This document shows, one piece after another, positions 34,601-49,600 of a DNA stretch of 64,000 nt. The stretch is from contig JAYWIR010000058.1 in NCBI GenBank assembly GCA_036172245.1, positions 434,001 through 498,000 of the forward strand. Direction: 5' to 3'. The notes under the pieces are model-generated. The model was given only the letters and a program-made list of their open reading frames with translations, searched no databases and had not been told where the DNA came from. The position numbers and the translations under genes were made by a program. Every line of letters begins with the position of its first letter. The stretch's first letter is position 1. This DNA is from Raillietiella orientalis (Eukaryota).

Positions 34601-37600
34601 GGCGATTTGTTTCGCCTGCTCCGTTAGAGATGCTCGTACGTACTCGGGAAAACCGGTGTATGCTTTCAGCATCTTTCCCCTCTTGGAGAACTCCCTCAGC
34701 TTTCGCATGCCTAAGCAACTGTTTCCTTGGGCTGTCTGTTCTTCAAGAGCTAACGTGCCCGTTCACGTCAAAGCGCTTGCAGTGCGGCAGCGCCTGAAAC
34801 ACGTGGTTCGGTATTGCACACGCGCGCGCACCGCTGCCTCCTTCACTCGACGCTAATCGTCCAACCACTGGGGAAGTGTTTGCTATTCGGGAATGTCTTT
34901 CGGCTATTCCTCGCAGTAAAAATGGCAAAGTGAAAAACATCTTAATGCTCGAACCCGAAAGTATTCAATGGGAAACGACGGAAAGTAATGTTCATTCTAC
35001 TTACGCGCAACTGATGAGGCACAGCGATGGGTCGTGGATGTCCTGCACCACGAGCGAATCTGTCCGAAGTAACCGCCACGGTGCCTCGCTTTGTGGGAAT
35101 AATATTTTGCAGCTAACCGACACGCCGCTGAGGTAACGGTACCTTTAGCTGAATTTTTCATTCGTTTAAGCGGAATTACATTGATACTTAGCAATTTTCA
35201 TGATTGAGCGTGTGGACGAAGGTGATTGAAACCCTCTGCACACACCTTTCGATTTTCATTGAATTCGATGCAAAAAATAAGCAAAAACAGCACCAAATTG
35301 CACATCAGCTTTCGAGCCGTGTTTTTCCACGAAAAACGAGCAAGATCAGTGAAAGAGGCAGTCGGAGAGGCCCGACTGAGGAGGGCAGAAATTCCTGAAG
35401 CTCACTTGATTGGTCACAGGATGCGTTACATGTACCCGCAATCTTCAGCTTTGCAAATCCGGAGGCTGTGCAAAATTCAGTTCGTAGCCTTGTCACAAAG
35501 GACATCCGTCCGGCGGATGGTCGAAAGCAGCTAGCAATGGATGCCCGGCGACCGCCAATCTCACATCCGCCCATTGTAGTGTTGGAGCGTTCGCGTGTCC
35601 CTGAAGCAAAAATTGGTGTTTCAAATTCAAAGACTGATATTTGAAATTCTGGAGGTGGTTCTTTGTGGCTATAGTCGCATGGACTTTGAAGTGAGCCAGG
35701 AGCACCGTGAAAGAGGCCGCTCACGTTTCTGGTCAGACTCTAGGATTTTCTCGTAGCGAAATCCCCCACGAATGGGTCAGCGGATAGTGTTCTTCCATCG
35801 TATGTTGCAAGGATTTGTGACCCAGCTGTGATGATGATTGCTAAGGTAATAGAGATTGGAGCTTCGAGCATTTGGCAGTGATGCTTCCTTAACCTGTTCC
35901 ACGGAGGTAACGAGCAAGTCTTCTTGGGAACCGAAGGGACTCATTCATGATGGAACGCAATCAGACCCAAATGAAGATTTTGACGTGAAGTCTATGGAAG
36001 GGCCATGGCATTTAGGATTACGGTTGCGAAAAACTATGACGTCTCGACCCTTCCGGTGCAGAAAAAACAGAATGCGTTCTTTGTGCTTTTAGTAACTGGT
36101 CTCTTCTTCAGATGCCCGAGTTGATTCTTCCGTACCCTCTCTCGCAAAGTTCCTTTCGAGATACACTGGCGGTAGACGGGTGACCAACTTTTTTTTTTTG
36201 AAAGGGAAGCAGAGGGGATTGACCGATGCTGCTTTCTCTGCTACAGCTTGGAGCTTCCTGCTGCTGTCGCTGTGAAAGAGGTGGTGCTGCCCTTGATGGC
36301 TTTGCTGCCTCTCCAGAGCCTCCATGGAGTGCAGGTGCACGAGCGAGGCAGTTTTGGCAAGCGGTAAATACTCGTTGCCTGGCAATCTCTCTTGGTGGGA
36401 ACAGACATGCCTGAAATGTGTCCCCGCGGAGCGAGGAGGAAACTACGCAGATCTCGAACTTTCTGTGGAAATGAAGGATGCATCTCGGGAGCGTTCGACT
36501 GGGTTTCCTCGAATCCCATCTTGGATCCTCCGGGAAGTTGCATATAAATTATTCAAATCTTCCCGTTTGCACTGCTCCATGATCTGCACCCGCAGCCGCC
36601 GTTTTCCAACAGTGGGAAACTCTTGGCTGCAGGACAAAGGAATGCATAGATCTTCGCGGTGGCGCCAGGGAGCGAAAGGGCGCTTCTCAGCGTTCAGAGA
36701 TCATGGGTCCGCTTGATTAGATGCCGCTGGATCTCATCGCCTCCGCCGCTTGGTTGCCTGTCCCCATCAAGCACCCCGCGGCGGAAAATTAGTCTCCCAG
36801 CCGTGAGCTGGGAGCAGGATGTGTTTGGACGGGGAAGAATCCCTCTTTCAAAAGGGGAAGGGAGAGAGAACCGCGTGTGGCTTCCGAGCGTGGGCTTCCT
36901 AGTCACAAACGCTATGGTGGATCCCACGAGCTGCGGCGGAAAAAGAAACTGAAAAGAATTCTCGGGAGCAGAGAAGGGTGTCTTCTGACCACCCTTCTCT
37001 GCTCCCGTGAGCATATGTTCCGAGGCCAAGAGCAAGCTCATGACAGCAGCAGCTCCCCTTCCTTCGGGCACGGAAAGGCTTACACCCGGTCATGCGGGGA
37101 ATCCATTGCAATCCTGAACGATAAGCATGCAAACACGCACGCGCGGGCAGAGTAGCGTCCTAGGGTCTACTAGAAATTCTGGATTAACTGGCGAGGCGCT
37201 GCCCATCAGAACCCTCCGTTGGATGGGGGTCGCACTCATAAAGCAATCGAAACCCTAACGACCACAATTACCATCACATTCCGGAACGTGACATCTTTTG
37301 GATAAGGAACACAGGATGCCGGTCCTCTTCCTCGTCTTCCCTACAGTTCCGCTTCCTTCCTTTCGGATCTTTCTGCCTACTTATGAATGGACATCTTGCT
37401 GTTACTTGACCTCCGCCAGGCTAGGGCGCAGCAATTGTATCTTAGGAGAAGAAGCATTCCACGGTTAGCGCAAGGATCCCGCGCGTCCAGCACACTCCCT
37501 TGACCTGCTTCCACAGCCCGTTACACAAAGGTGCTGCAGAGAAAGATCACCATGTGTCGACTGTAAGGCAAGCCTAGCCGGGTGCCGTCTTTATGATATG

Positions 37601-40600
37601 CCATTCTCACGCAGCGTTGTTGTGGAAACAGTGCAGCGACATAATATAATATAGGTTGACGCGATCAGCAAAATAGATGTGGCTCATCGCGTTTGCAGAG
37701 CATCTGGGCTTCGGACCATGAAACCATACAAAAGGAAATACCGTATGTTTTCCACGTACAAGTCTGATATGTATAGGACACATCGCAGCTAAAAGAGAGG
37801 GTAATGTGCTCTGACAGCGGCGCACTCCCTTGGTATTGAAATAGGCAGAATGGCTGGCTGCTTTCTCAACGTAAATAGACCTGATAAGGAAACACTACAC
37901 TCTTGTAAACTGTTTTCCGTGTCCACTGTTTCAACGTCATACAGCAGGAGCTGAACAGAAGATGACATAACGCATGGAATAATGGTGTTTTTCTTTGAAA
38001 CACACACACACAGAACAGATCCTGGAATGCTGAAATCATGCTCATTCGGGAACTTAGTTGAGTAAATCTTGCACGACAGGAAAGTGGGTTCTCATGTTGA
38101 TACTCGTTTAGAATCCTCTTCTACCATTCTTGGAATATTCCTATATGAAATAAATGTGAACCCAAACAACGGAAACACGTTTCATTATCCGAACACGCGT
38201 TTCGTTAACAAGCTACATGGGACGCATGCAACTTTGTTCAGTCAGTCCGAAGTTGGGATTCCGTACGTGCAAAAAAGTCAGCTTAAATGCCCGTAGGGTC
38301 TCTTGAAGCTTGAGAGCGAATTTCATCAAAAATCCACCGCACAGAAAATTCACAGACACCCTGAGGACGCGTAAGTCGTCTAAAAGCGAGACATTTGAGG
38401 ATTTTTATCATTTTATTGATTCATGACAGATCCATGAAACATTGAGCACTGAGATCAAAAAAAAAGACGTAAAAGTAAAGAGATGGTTGTGAAAAACAAC
38501 AGTAGGAACAAGGATTATCATTTAATTTTATTTTAAAGTATGAATACAAGACTTTCCAATTGCAGAATCACGTTACCAAACAGAATCGAATTGTTGTCTA
38601 CCTCCAATCTCATGAAACAAGATGCAAAAGATATTTAGCTCAGGATAAAGCCAAGATTCCTGTCCTCCCTTGATGCTGTTCTAAAAAGGAAGGAAGAAAA
38701 ATGCACCAATATTTGCATTTTTGAATACAGATACTTTTCTAGTGTCTTGTCCATGGAAGTCGCGAACTTTTAGCTGGTACAGACCGATTATTTCACCCTA
38801 GAGTTTCGTAAACGATTCATTTTTGCAATGTCCAGAGCAACCGTAAAGAGTCACCGGTGAATTTCCACCGCCTTTTGTTTCTTCCATGTAAGTCCCTAGG
38901 TCTTACGGAAGATGTCCTCTTGAAGATAAAGAGGAACAGTTTCTTGCACCCAATGGCTACCATCGCAAACAGGGGTGTACTGCAAACATCGAGCATCTCT
39001 TCTCCGACTTTCTCTTCAAGGCGATGCTGGTTTGCCACACTGTCCCGAATACTCTTCGTCGAATAATGAAACGTCTAGCTGCTGTAGGGTGCGGATATTT
39101 CTTTAGAGGCCAGTACAACAAACGATTCAGGAACATCTAAGGTTGAACTAGTGATTTTTTTTTTTTTCGAGCGTATCTTTCCGCACAATGCATCGAGAGA
39201 CTCCAGAGGACATCCAACCCTCCATAAATTTGCAAGATGTTACCAACGCTGACACTTCCGTTCAAGAGAACACCCATATCTGCGCTGGCTGGAACCGAAA
39301 TCTATACATGTGGTTTCGTAAAGTTGTCCAATTTCCACAATGGTATGTCGCCCTTCTATATTTGATCTCACCATACATAGCTGCTGCTTTCTGATCTCAT
39401 GCTGGGATCTCACTTTGATCTTAACCAAAGAATCGCTTCTCGGCCTTTTGGCTAAGATCAACGTATAGCCCTCCCGCATATCATGTTATTTTTTTTAATA
39501 AATAAATCTGGGAGGACAAAGACAGCTGCTGGGCACTGCAAGTAACTCACTACTGGAGTCTATCGGACTCTTCGAAAAGATTTCATCAGAGATTTGCTGA
39601 CCAGCTGGAGTAGTCTGCTCCTGCTGCTCAAGGGCCACGTTTTCTGAAATCCATGAGAGAGCGAATTAAGGTCTAAGACTCAGCGTGAGCTCTCAGCCCT
39701 TACGGCTGGCCTACTACCCCTTTTCTGGTGCTGCGATTGGTTCAGCGATTCCTTTCGATTCCCTCTTTCCGCCTTTGCTTTAGCCAAGTGTGACTTGAAA
39801 CCTGACCCTGACCACTGCTGTACCCTTCCCAATGAACACAGTGACGTCAGTCTATGGGAAAGCAATCTCAACTCTGACCCACCTTTGCAATTTCCATCCT
39901 TTGCCTTCCGCAGAGAATGAGTGGGTTTTTCAGCGCAGGGAAAACGGGAAGAACTGGACGTTTTTCCGTTCAACGACAAACGCTTTCGGTCGCAGACTGT
40001 AGATTCATTCCTGCGGAAAGACCAACCTCTTATCTATGAGGGCATCACCCACCAGGGGCAACGCTGCTCGCTATTGCAGAATCGGGAGATCGGGAGGGTC
40101 ATCGGACCGCACCCTTGGCAGGTGCGTCAACCAAACAGACGAGATGGTTACGGAGAAGCATGGAGAGCTGGTGACGCAAGTCCAGAAGGTTATCCAAAGA
40201 CACTGGGAGTTGGCAGCCTCCAGCCACACCATTCCAGAAACGTTTTCAAAGCTGAAGTCGAATCGAATGTTCCAAGGCTAAGGGAAGGTGGACACACTGG
40301 ATGTCGTTCGCTCCTCAAGAGCGTCCACCAACGGCGTTGGAAGAGGAAAGACAGAAGGAGAACAAATAGGATGCTCTCTGCTTCATCTGGAAAGAACAAA
40401 TGTTGTGGAGTCTTTGGTATCTTGGGATCCATGCAGCTACGAGATGTTGAGAGATCGAAAATTCCCTACCAGGAGGGGTACATCAGCAAAGACATGGTGT
40501 GCTCCAACACTCAGTGTTCCCAGGATGTTTATTGAAAAATCGGATGGATCATCATTCGTAATGGAAGGGCCTAGGAAGATAGCAGGAGTTGAAGAGAAGA

Positions 40601-43600
40601 GTAAGGAGAAGAGGATGGTGGAAACTCCTCTTTGATCTCTTCAGCATTCTTATGTGCATAAAATTTGAAAACTGATGCTATCCTAGTCTTTACATGCATA
40701 CATTCAGAAAGTATTTCCCCGTTTCTTGACCAAGCAAAGAAACAAAAAGTATCTGTTGGATTTCCGTGCCTCCGAAGGTTTTCCATCTCCTGGTCTGCGG
40801 TTCTGGACACAGGGAAGTTTGCGACCAGCCCCACGGTGGTGAACTTTGGGGTTTCCTGATTCGAAAGGAAGGTCTGCGTGCCTCTCACGATAAGTGCTGG
40901 CTGTGTAAAGTGCAGAGTCGCCGAGACGGCAGGGTTCGGAGGGTAAGCACGTCGTACAAGAACGACCAACTCGGAAAAGCCGCAAGGTGGTGATACCGTC
41001 CATGTTCAAGACAAGAGGTTCTCGAGCAACGACTGCATACCGCCTCCGTACAGCCAAACGATTTACAGTGATGACGTTCTCGTTTGACGAACGGCCGCTT
41101 CGACTTGCTGGTCCTCAAGAGTTTTCAATCAGACATCGCTTCATTTGCTTCAATCTTCATCTTGGATTCGTTCGTGTGCCGCGTGTTTCTCATTTGCTCA
41201 TTCTCTTTGCCTTTGCTCCACTGTGCATGCCGCTCTTGTGTGAACACGATGGAAACTGTATTCGGCTTTGCCGTTGACATGAACGCCTGTACAACCGAAA
41301 ACATGTCCTAGCGTCTTTTCCCCATTCTCCTGAGTCAAATGAGCGAGCTTAGCCGCACTGGCACATCACACTGGAAACGTAGGTTCCGAAGCCACATTTT
41401 CTTCCCGTTCGTCTGTCTTTGAGTCGTGGTTAGGCCAAAGAACCGCCCACTTGTGCGCAAGGGGTTCCTGCCGGATTTCCTCAGAAAGCGACAGCTCATC
41501 CTGGAAAGTGCGCCAGCACGCTTGGAAAGAGACAATAAGGAGGACGATCAAAACCCGTCTACCCTCTGCGACACCCTTGACATGGGAAGTGCGTTCGGGA
41601 ACCTTTCGAGAGGCACTCTCAGTCTCGAGTCTAGGAACAAAGTTATTCTCCTCTCTGTGAAGAAGTGGAGAAGTGTTTCCTCCCCCACACGACATCAAAA
41701 GAAGTAAAAAGCACACATGCACAAAATTCTTTGACACATGACATTCTTGTGCTGTTGCTCTCCAGGTTTTCAAAAAGTGCAAAATAAGGAAGAAAGGGAA
41801 GGCAAAGTAGGTGCTTGGCAAATCCATCCTTGTGAAGAACAATGATGGCAATGTTTTTGCAGATCTCGAATCATAGATATGAAAAGCAACAATGGCTCAA
41901 GCGCTCTCTCGAGTGTTGAGTTCGTGCCGAGTGGCAAGCGCAAAATCATTAAGAGAAACGCAAGCTGCACCAGCATCACATCTCACTATCTGCAGAAGCA
42001 AAGAAACATTCGGAGAGGAACGACTCTTGCTCACTAGTCCAATGAGAGAATAAAAGAAACGTAGAACTGAAGCTTTCGGGAACGAAATATATGTGGGTCC
42101 TAGAAGAACCGGAAAGAGGAGAGTAAGTATGAAATCCTGATGTATTTCGGAACAGTTATGACGAAAGCTTTCAGCAGATGTCCAAACTCTGGTGCACAGC
42201 TCTAAGAGCAGCATTTCGAGAAACGTACGACGGTAGCGACAAGTGATAGGGATCACGGCAATCATGGCTGGCGTCCTAGCTGCTCTCATGTGCGGTTCTG
42301 CAAGTGAAACCACGGGGCTTTATGGGCGTTCCTGCAAACCCGCTTACAACCTCAAGACGAAACTTAATGTTTCGTCCTGAGGTTCTATGGTGTTTTGTCT
42401 TTGCTCCTAATATTGGTTCTTCGTGTTTGCTTTAGCTCCTAATGTTTGGATTCAGTTTGCTTCATATTAGCGTATCTGTTTGTGATTACTATCATCTGAC
42501 CAATCTGTTCACAATAATTAATAATTCAGAATTATTGTATCCAAGTATGATAGTAGATCATATAACAATAGCACATGCGAAGATGAATGGATAAAAATAT
42601 ATGCCAATTTATTTTTACTTTTCATGAATAAATTATCATATGCATTATACAGTAGCGTACTTTATGCTAGATCTAACACGGTCTTTTCCATCGCCCTTGT
42701 ACATCTGACTATTATGCAGATTCAGATTTATTGAATTAGGAGATTGAGAAGAAAAAATTCACACTTGGCAAGGGTTAAACTCACCTACAGATGTTCTTTC
42801 TATGGATGAATCAAGCTATAAAAACACATTCTACCTTACTTCAAAACAGGAAAACAATTCATCCTTTCTTGCATATGATCATTTCATTACCTTGGTGAGA
42901 ACGGAAAGTAGCATAAGGCTAATGAAATCATTTCCTTCATATACGCTGCCTCTCCAGATCTCCCAAACTATAGAATTGTGTGCAAAGAAGTTTACTACCG
43001 GCATCTATAATCATCAAACTCTCTGCTTAAATAGCCAGAAACTTTCAGATGGCCTTCCAAATTGCAGAAGTTTTCCCAAAGCATAAACCATAAATAAAAC
43101 CAAGAGAGTATTTTTATCATCAGAATATTCCAAATTTGCTTCTTGCACGTCAAACGTGTGATCCCCCCATTTGCACATATCAGAGCACCATATCTGCACT
43201 TGCCGACGTGCCATCAGGCTTATTTTGATCTCATGAAAAGTATTTTCAATTAGCCAGTCAGCTCAAAAATCCAAGTTACTTTCCCATTCTGTCCTTTCCA
43301 TTTACACAAAATTATTATGGTTGTTTGCTTTCATAATTCATTGAACTTGAGTTTTCCACCTCTTTCTACTGTGCAGAAGTCCCTTCTAATGAATTGCCAA
43401 GTGCGTCACGAGATTGATGCAAGAGCGTTTCAAAAAGAAAACAAACTGTAAATTGGATTTGGCAAGACATCAACACAAGGCATTCAGATAGACCCTAAGA
43501 CATCCTACATAAAATACCCTTATTCCTTTCCCTCATTTCTGTATTTGAAGAGTACCCACGATAAGATCTGCACAGAGACCATACTCAGTTTCCATCATGT

Positions 43601-46600
43601 ATCATTAGATCGAGTGTAAAATTATTTTCCCATTCTTTCTTTTGTACAAAGGAAATTCATGTTTTAACAATTTTAGAAAAAAGTAATGACGCAGTTCGTA
43701 AGTACAGCGTCATCAGACTTCACACCAAGGAATACAAATATTTCTATTTATCAGCAGGTTTACTAGGGAATAATAAACTCGCATCAAGAATATAACTTTG
43801 AATAATAATACTTTGAATAATAATTATCATATAAGTTTTTTTAATCACAAATGATTAGGTATACAGAATCTTTTATAATCTGAATCTGCCTACTTTCGAC
43901 TTGAAATAAAGGCTATTCGATAAATGAGATGCTAATAATACTGAAAGTGAACACAATATGAAAGGATTTTTTTATTGCACGAAAGGCTTCTAGCATTCTC
44001 GCTTTGCTATTTTTAGATCACGAGAGAGTCAAAACGAAGGGAGCAAATTTGTCTTTCGAGTACGTTTATCCGGAGGAAGAGAATCAGCGTTTCAGATGGG
44101 GTTTGCTTAAATGAAAATGAAATCCAGCTTCCTTTTTATTCAAACTTATCCAAAAATCCAAACTTTCCATTTCTCAAAAACTCATCTAGGAGAATTCATC
44201 CATTATCAAACTTCACTTCTGCTTCCACTACGCATAAGACTTGTATTTTAAATTCATGTCATTGTGTGTAAATAGCACAATGACATGACTTTTATTTTTA
44301 AAGCGTACTTAACGATAGATGAATCTGAACTCATTTATGGTGCGTAAACTGAACTTCCACCACTCTTGAGGATTCTCTTTGCATCCCTTTGAAACAAAGA
44401 GGGGAATGGCATAATGAGTTGAAGAGTCAATTATGCACTCTGCTACAAATTCATTTATGTAGGTCTATGATCTGTGTGGAGGGGGGATGCGGTTACATGC
44501 CCCTAGTGATTTCTCTTCATCCTTCTCAAGCTGGAACAATTTACAAAATAAGTAGATAAAAAGATCTTTGCTTCTAATTCGGATAATTAAGCATCTGTTC
44601 TACAGTTCCTCTCTTTCGCCGTTTTCTAAGTTTTTGGTTTAAGAATATCTTGAAGGATACTGTTTCTGAGTGAATGGTGTGACAACTTACCACAGATGCT
44701 TCTTGAAGCTCAGCATCATACGTGAATTACGAAAGTATTGTTTTATTAAAAAATTTTACTGTAATTCTTCCAGCCAGGTGAAAACCATCCACTTGTTTAA
44801 GGAAATAACTCCGGAAACAAAGTATCAGAGTAGTCGTTTCTTTAAGAATTCTCTTTGTTACTCCGAATTCTCAGCAGAACGGATTATGCGACCTTCGCAA
44901 CCTGGAGTGCCACACCATTTTTGTCAACAAAATAGACGAACTCTTGCAATACAGATTAGGTGACTTAAGTAAAAATAAAGTGCAATATTGCTTACACATT
45001 AGGGAAATGCAAACTCCTTGCGCGTTCTATAATTCAAGATGAGTCTGAGGGTTACGCTCGTGCTGCAAGTTTCTGTAAGAATATTTTTCTCAAGAATTTT
45101 GTTTGAAAGTGAGTACTAGTACTTTTGAAAAGTTTGCTGTTTATGAGTTGCTTACAGAGATATTCTGGCTTCATATGCCCCCTTCCTTAGTTTCAGAAGG
45201 GCTCAGAAAATCTGATTTCGCAGTTTTCACACTTGTGACCACTCACACTTCGTTCTCACGGAACCGCGTCGTCCACTTCAAGAGTAGCATCTGATGAAAA
45301 CATTTTCAATTACTGATTTCTACATATAAAACCGAGGGAAATCTTTTCTCCCGAGTCCAGGAAGGGTTTTCCTGCGTTTTCCAGAAGCATACATCATGCG
45401 TGGTTCTTACTAAATTTAATGTTGATGGCCCTTGGTTTAAAGCAATTTGCCAAAAAGGCTAAATAGCATGCAATGCTTGGCTGCATATGAGAGTATTCTA
45501 GAACATATGACGCCTTATTGCCATTTGCATGGAAGACCGTGGATTGGGATCGTACCGCAGTGGAGCATGCTCAGTTCAACCCGCTTAGCCGTCCGAAGGT
45601 ACCGGCGCGTAGAGTGGCCAGGAGCGCGTACTTGCGCCGCAGAGTACGTTCCAAGCGTGTCACGATTCGCCCCACGATATTGTTCGCTGCTTCGTTTTTT
45701 TTCCTTACAGAGAGTTCTAGAACCCTTATGGTGTTAACCTCGGAGATAATGCCAGAGTTTTTTTACCAGTAGCGATTGCATTCAATTCTGATGCATTCAT
45801 AGAAATATTAATTTGCGATTTCTACACTTGTGCAATGAGATTTTGTAACTGATGGTGAAACAAGAGTGACGTTCAGTTTCGGAAATGGCAAGTGGAAAAA
45901 ATGATGGAGGAAGACCCGCACGTGAACTTCCGGAAATCCATATTTCTGCGGAAAACGATAAGCCGTTGTCAGGTTTTATCTTTCTCATTCAAGTTCCTTT
46001 GATTCTGAGACTATATGAGCTGATATATGAGCTGTTTTGATCGTTGTACATGCAAAGATTTTTTTTTTTTTAAATAAAACTTGTGCATTCATTTGTAGTA
46101 CTTCAGTATTCTCAAAAGAAGTTTGAAAATTTGAAAATTTCGAACTGCAAATCCTATTGCAGTTTGAAATTCAAAAAAAAAAAAAAAAATTATCGAAATA
46201 CTCTTTTGAGTGTGGTTAACCTAAATGATAACATGAATTCATTTAATAACGCAAAACAGAGACGGTATTCATAATGGTTTCTTGTCAGAGAAAGAACTTC
46301 GTGGTTTTGACCATGAAATAAAAGACATCTGAATAAAGTTCTACTTGAAGAAGAGGGTAACATATTCAACAAGCTATCAGCTTCCGATTTCACAAGTTGC
46401 AACAGTGAAATTTCAGTAAATAGTAACGAACGATCTATTGTATGTATGCTCAAGGGAACAGTGATGCAGTGAACAGTGATCGCAGTGTTCCAACGTTAAC
46501 TTACGTGGCGATTGAAACAAATTAATCGGGGATTTGCTCGAGATTAATGACTGGTTTCATATTAGGTCCCTTTCTTCGTTTGCTTCTTTCTGTTCCACTT

Positions 46601-49600
46601 ATTCCATACCAAGGTCTGTGATATATGCCGTTGCGAATCGAAAAAGCGAAGACAGCTCCAATGCTTTCTTTGCTTCGCTTTGCGTTCTGACTTTGAAGTC
46701 AGAGTGTTTTTTTTCTTCCTACCCCACTGAATCTGCATCTTATATTGTGTTGCTGATTTCTCATTACGAGTTGCACGAAATCATCCTTTTGAGTGTGCTG
46801 AGGATTAAATTACTAATGCAATTTTTTTTTTTCGTACTGTGCCCATTCTGCATAAGTTTATAAAAGCGATTCAGGGCTGTGGAAGCACAATAGCTGGGAT
46901 TGACAATTTTATCATTCTTTAAATGTTTTCAGTTGTGTTTTTCAAGATGTTCTGTTGTATTTGTGTTTGCAGTCTCGGATCTCGTGTATGCAACACAATG
47001 ACATTTGAGATTCCCGAGTTATCATCAAGTGATAGTTTTTCAAACGCAAAAACGGTGTGCCCATCTACAACAAGGTTGCTTTTAGGATGAATCCATCAAA
47101 GCGAAATACATAATTCTGAAGAACACGTGAGGTGGGTTGAGATGGCTCGACTGAAGGAATAGCTGTCACGGGTGACAAACGGAAAAAAGAATCGCAATTT
47201 TTGTGACTTGGGAAACATCTATGGAAATGAACATCCACAAAAGTCAAATTCTAGAGAGGAAATGTGATAAAATCTCTTCATTCCTTCAACAATGAATGTT
47301 AAAGGTGTGGTTATCAAAACGAATGGGAGCACTTCCTGTTAACTCACCAAATCACTTACATTACCTTACGCACCATCAACACTCACAAGCGTGTTGATAA
47401 ATAAATGAGCTTGCTGATCTGGAAGCACAAAAGCTGGAAGTTGAAATTTTTTTATTTATGAACATGAGTTGGCGTGGGATTGTTTAGAATTTTGATGCAG
47501 CAGTTTTTCAAACTCATCAGCATGGTGCATTCGTAAACAAACTGCAGAAAATACATTACACTTCGTAGGGGATATACTCAAGACACACGAGAACAAGGTT
47601 TAGCACATCACTCTTCCAAAAAAAAAATGTGCCAGGTGATAGGATCGATAGTTTTAATTACACTTTCAGCAGCTTGCAGTGGTTATCCTGCTTGTGCTTT
47701 TCTTTTTTGGTTGGATGTCCGTTCTAAACCAATGATATATAACTGACATCTCATGAAATAACTTGATGTGGCGTTTACGGTGAGCCGTGCGACTGTTTGC
47801 TGTTATAACCAATTTTTGCTGCAACGCTTGAAGTCGGAGCGGATTCGCGAAACCCCAGCCTCATATCGGAAAGCTGGCACTTCTGTTAGTGCGTTGCTAT
47901 AAATTTCATTTGCAAAATTTTGCACGAGAGGAATCTCGCATTTCCCCTCTCTTTGTGGACCGATGTGGACAACAAAAGAATTTCTGAGATGGGGAAGTCG
48001 TGAAGATGCATTTTTTACAATTTCGTATTTCAAAGCAATCTTGGAGCCCATTCTTCAGCTCAGAAAGGTTGAGTTTATGTAAGGAAATTGTAAATGGTGG
48101 TTTTGCTCAAATGTGCTCTGCAGCTCTCATGATTAAATATCGGGTTCATGGGGAAATAACTCCAAACTATTTGTCTAAATGAAAATCGTTGCCTTGCATT
48201 AGGAACGCGCGCATGGGCAACCAGTTCCGTTCGTTTTTGCCAATCTTTTGCGAAAAATCAGCAAAAGCGGTAGAAGATTTCGTAGAGTTCTCCTGAGGTG
48301 TTCATAGACTACTCAACAATTTTTTTGCATTTGTTGGAAATTGCTGGAAATATAAGGATTACCTTGTGCTTATGGAGAGCCCAGCTAATAATAAATTACG
48401 TTTGTTGTATTTCTAATCCAATTATTCTTATCTTTGTGTCATATTTTAACATTCTACCTGGGAAATTTCGTTTGTGAAAGTCATAGTTTTCCTTTTTTTG
48501 CTTATTTCATGCGATATGTCTACTTGGAAGCCATGTATCCATGAGAAACAGATACTTCTCCATAAACTTGCATTCAGGGTAACAAAGAAAAATCTGTGCC
48601 CAGCATTTGACTTTTTGTAATAGGAATCTGATCTTTGGTACAAAGTGATTTGGATGGAACAGATGTTTATGGGCATCAGTTCGTGACTCGTGTTTGTAGC
48701 ATAATTATCACAAAGAAACAATATTAAACTAAATTAATGATTACAATTACCAAGAAAACACAAACGACTAAGATACATCCAGAGTCTTGTCAATACATCT
48801 ATGAATGCAGCGCTGCTCATTGAATAACTTAGCAAAAAGCTGAGTTAAGGGAATTGATGTTTATCAAGAACAGTTCTGAATGATATTAAGCCGGCCCACT
48901 ATAACATGATTGCAGACACAAAAGGAAAAGTTCAGCCATGTAATGTGTAGTTTAGAAATTCTTTAAAGAGTGGTACAAATTAGAATACAGGTTCAATGTT
49001 TATGCTCGGGAAAGGTTGCTCTTAGAATGTTGTATATTATTACTGACATAATACGGATTGGAGAGCACATAGAAGTTAAAGTAAGGAAGTTAAATTAAGG
49101 TTTCAAGGTTACAGGCTTTCGGAAAAATCACAAAAATGTGAAGGATATTGGTGAAAGATGAACATTAACGAATTTTGATGTTTTTTTTTTTTTTTTCTGA
49201 ATCAAGGGCTGATTAATAAATGAAGATCGAGAATATATGAAGAATATATAAAGCTGTGAATCAGGTAAGTTTAAGAGCAGGTACTAGAGACGGCAAATTC
49301 TTCAAATGTCTTGTCTGGTTCCAATTTGTGAAATAAAGAGATCGGTATCTTGATGTGGGCAACCTTGATAATAAACATGGTAACCTCAATGCGAAAGAGA
49401 TAAGCAAGGGAGATAAGGGAGTTAATTGCAAAACGAATTTTGATGTATTTTATCCAAAATACTTAGAAGACATGCTTAGGAGTGGCATACTTTGTGGTTT
49501 CTTTCGCTGAAGTCTAATACTGTAAATACGAAACTAAAGTAATGTATCTTTTCATATAAAGGAAATTTCACATACCAAGTATCACATCCAGTGAATGTAG

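Noticed and set aside
39921..40535. 204-aa plus-strand ORF
   Set aside because: Non-ATG start, no recognisable domain or splice context.
49200..49270. CAG|GTAAGT donor as an upstream coding exon of kcc
   Set aside because: Stops in all three frames shortly before the donor; at most a non-coding exon.
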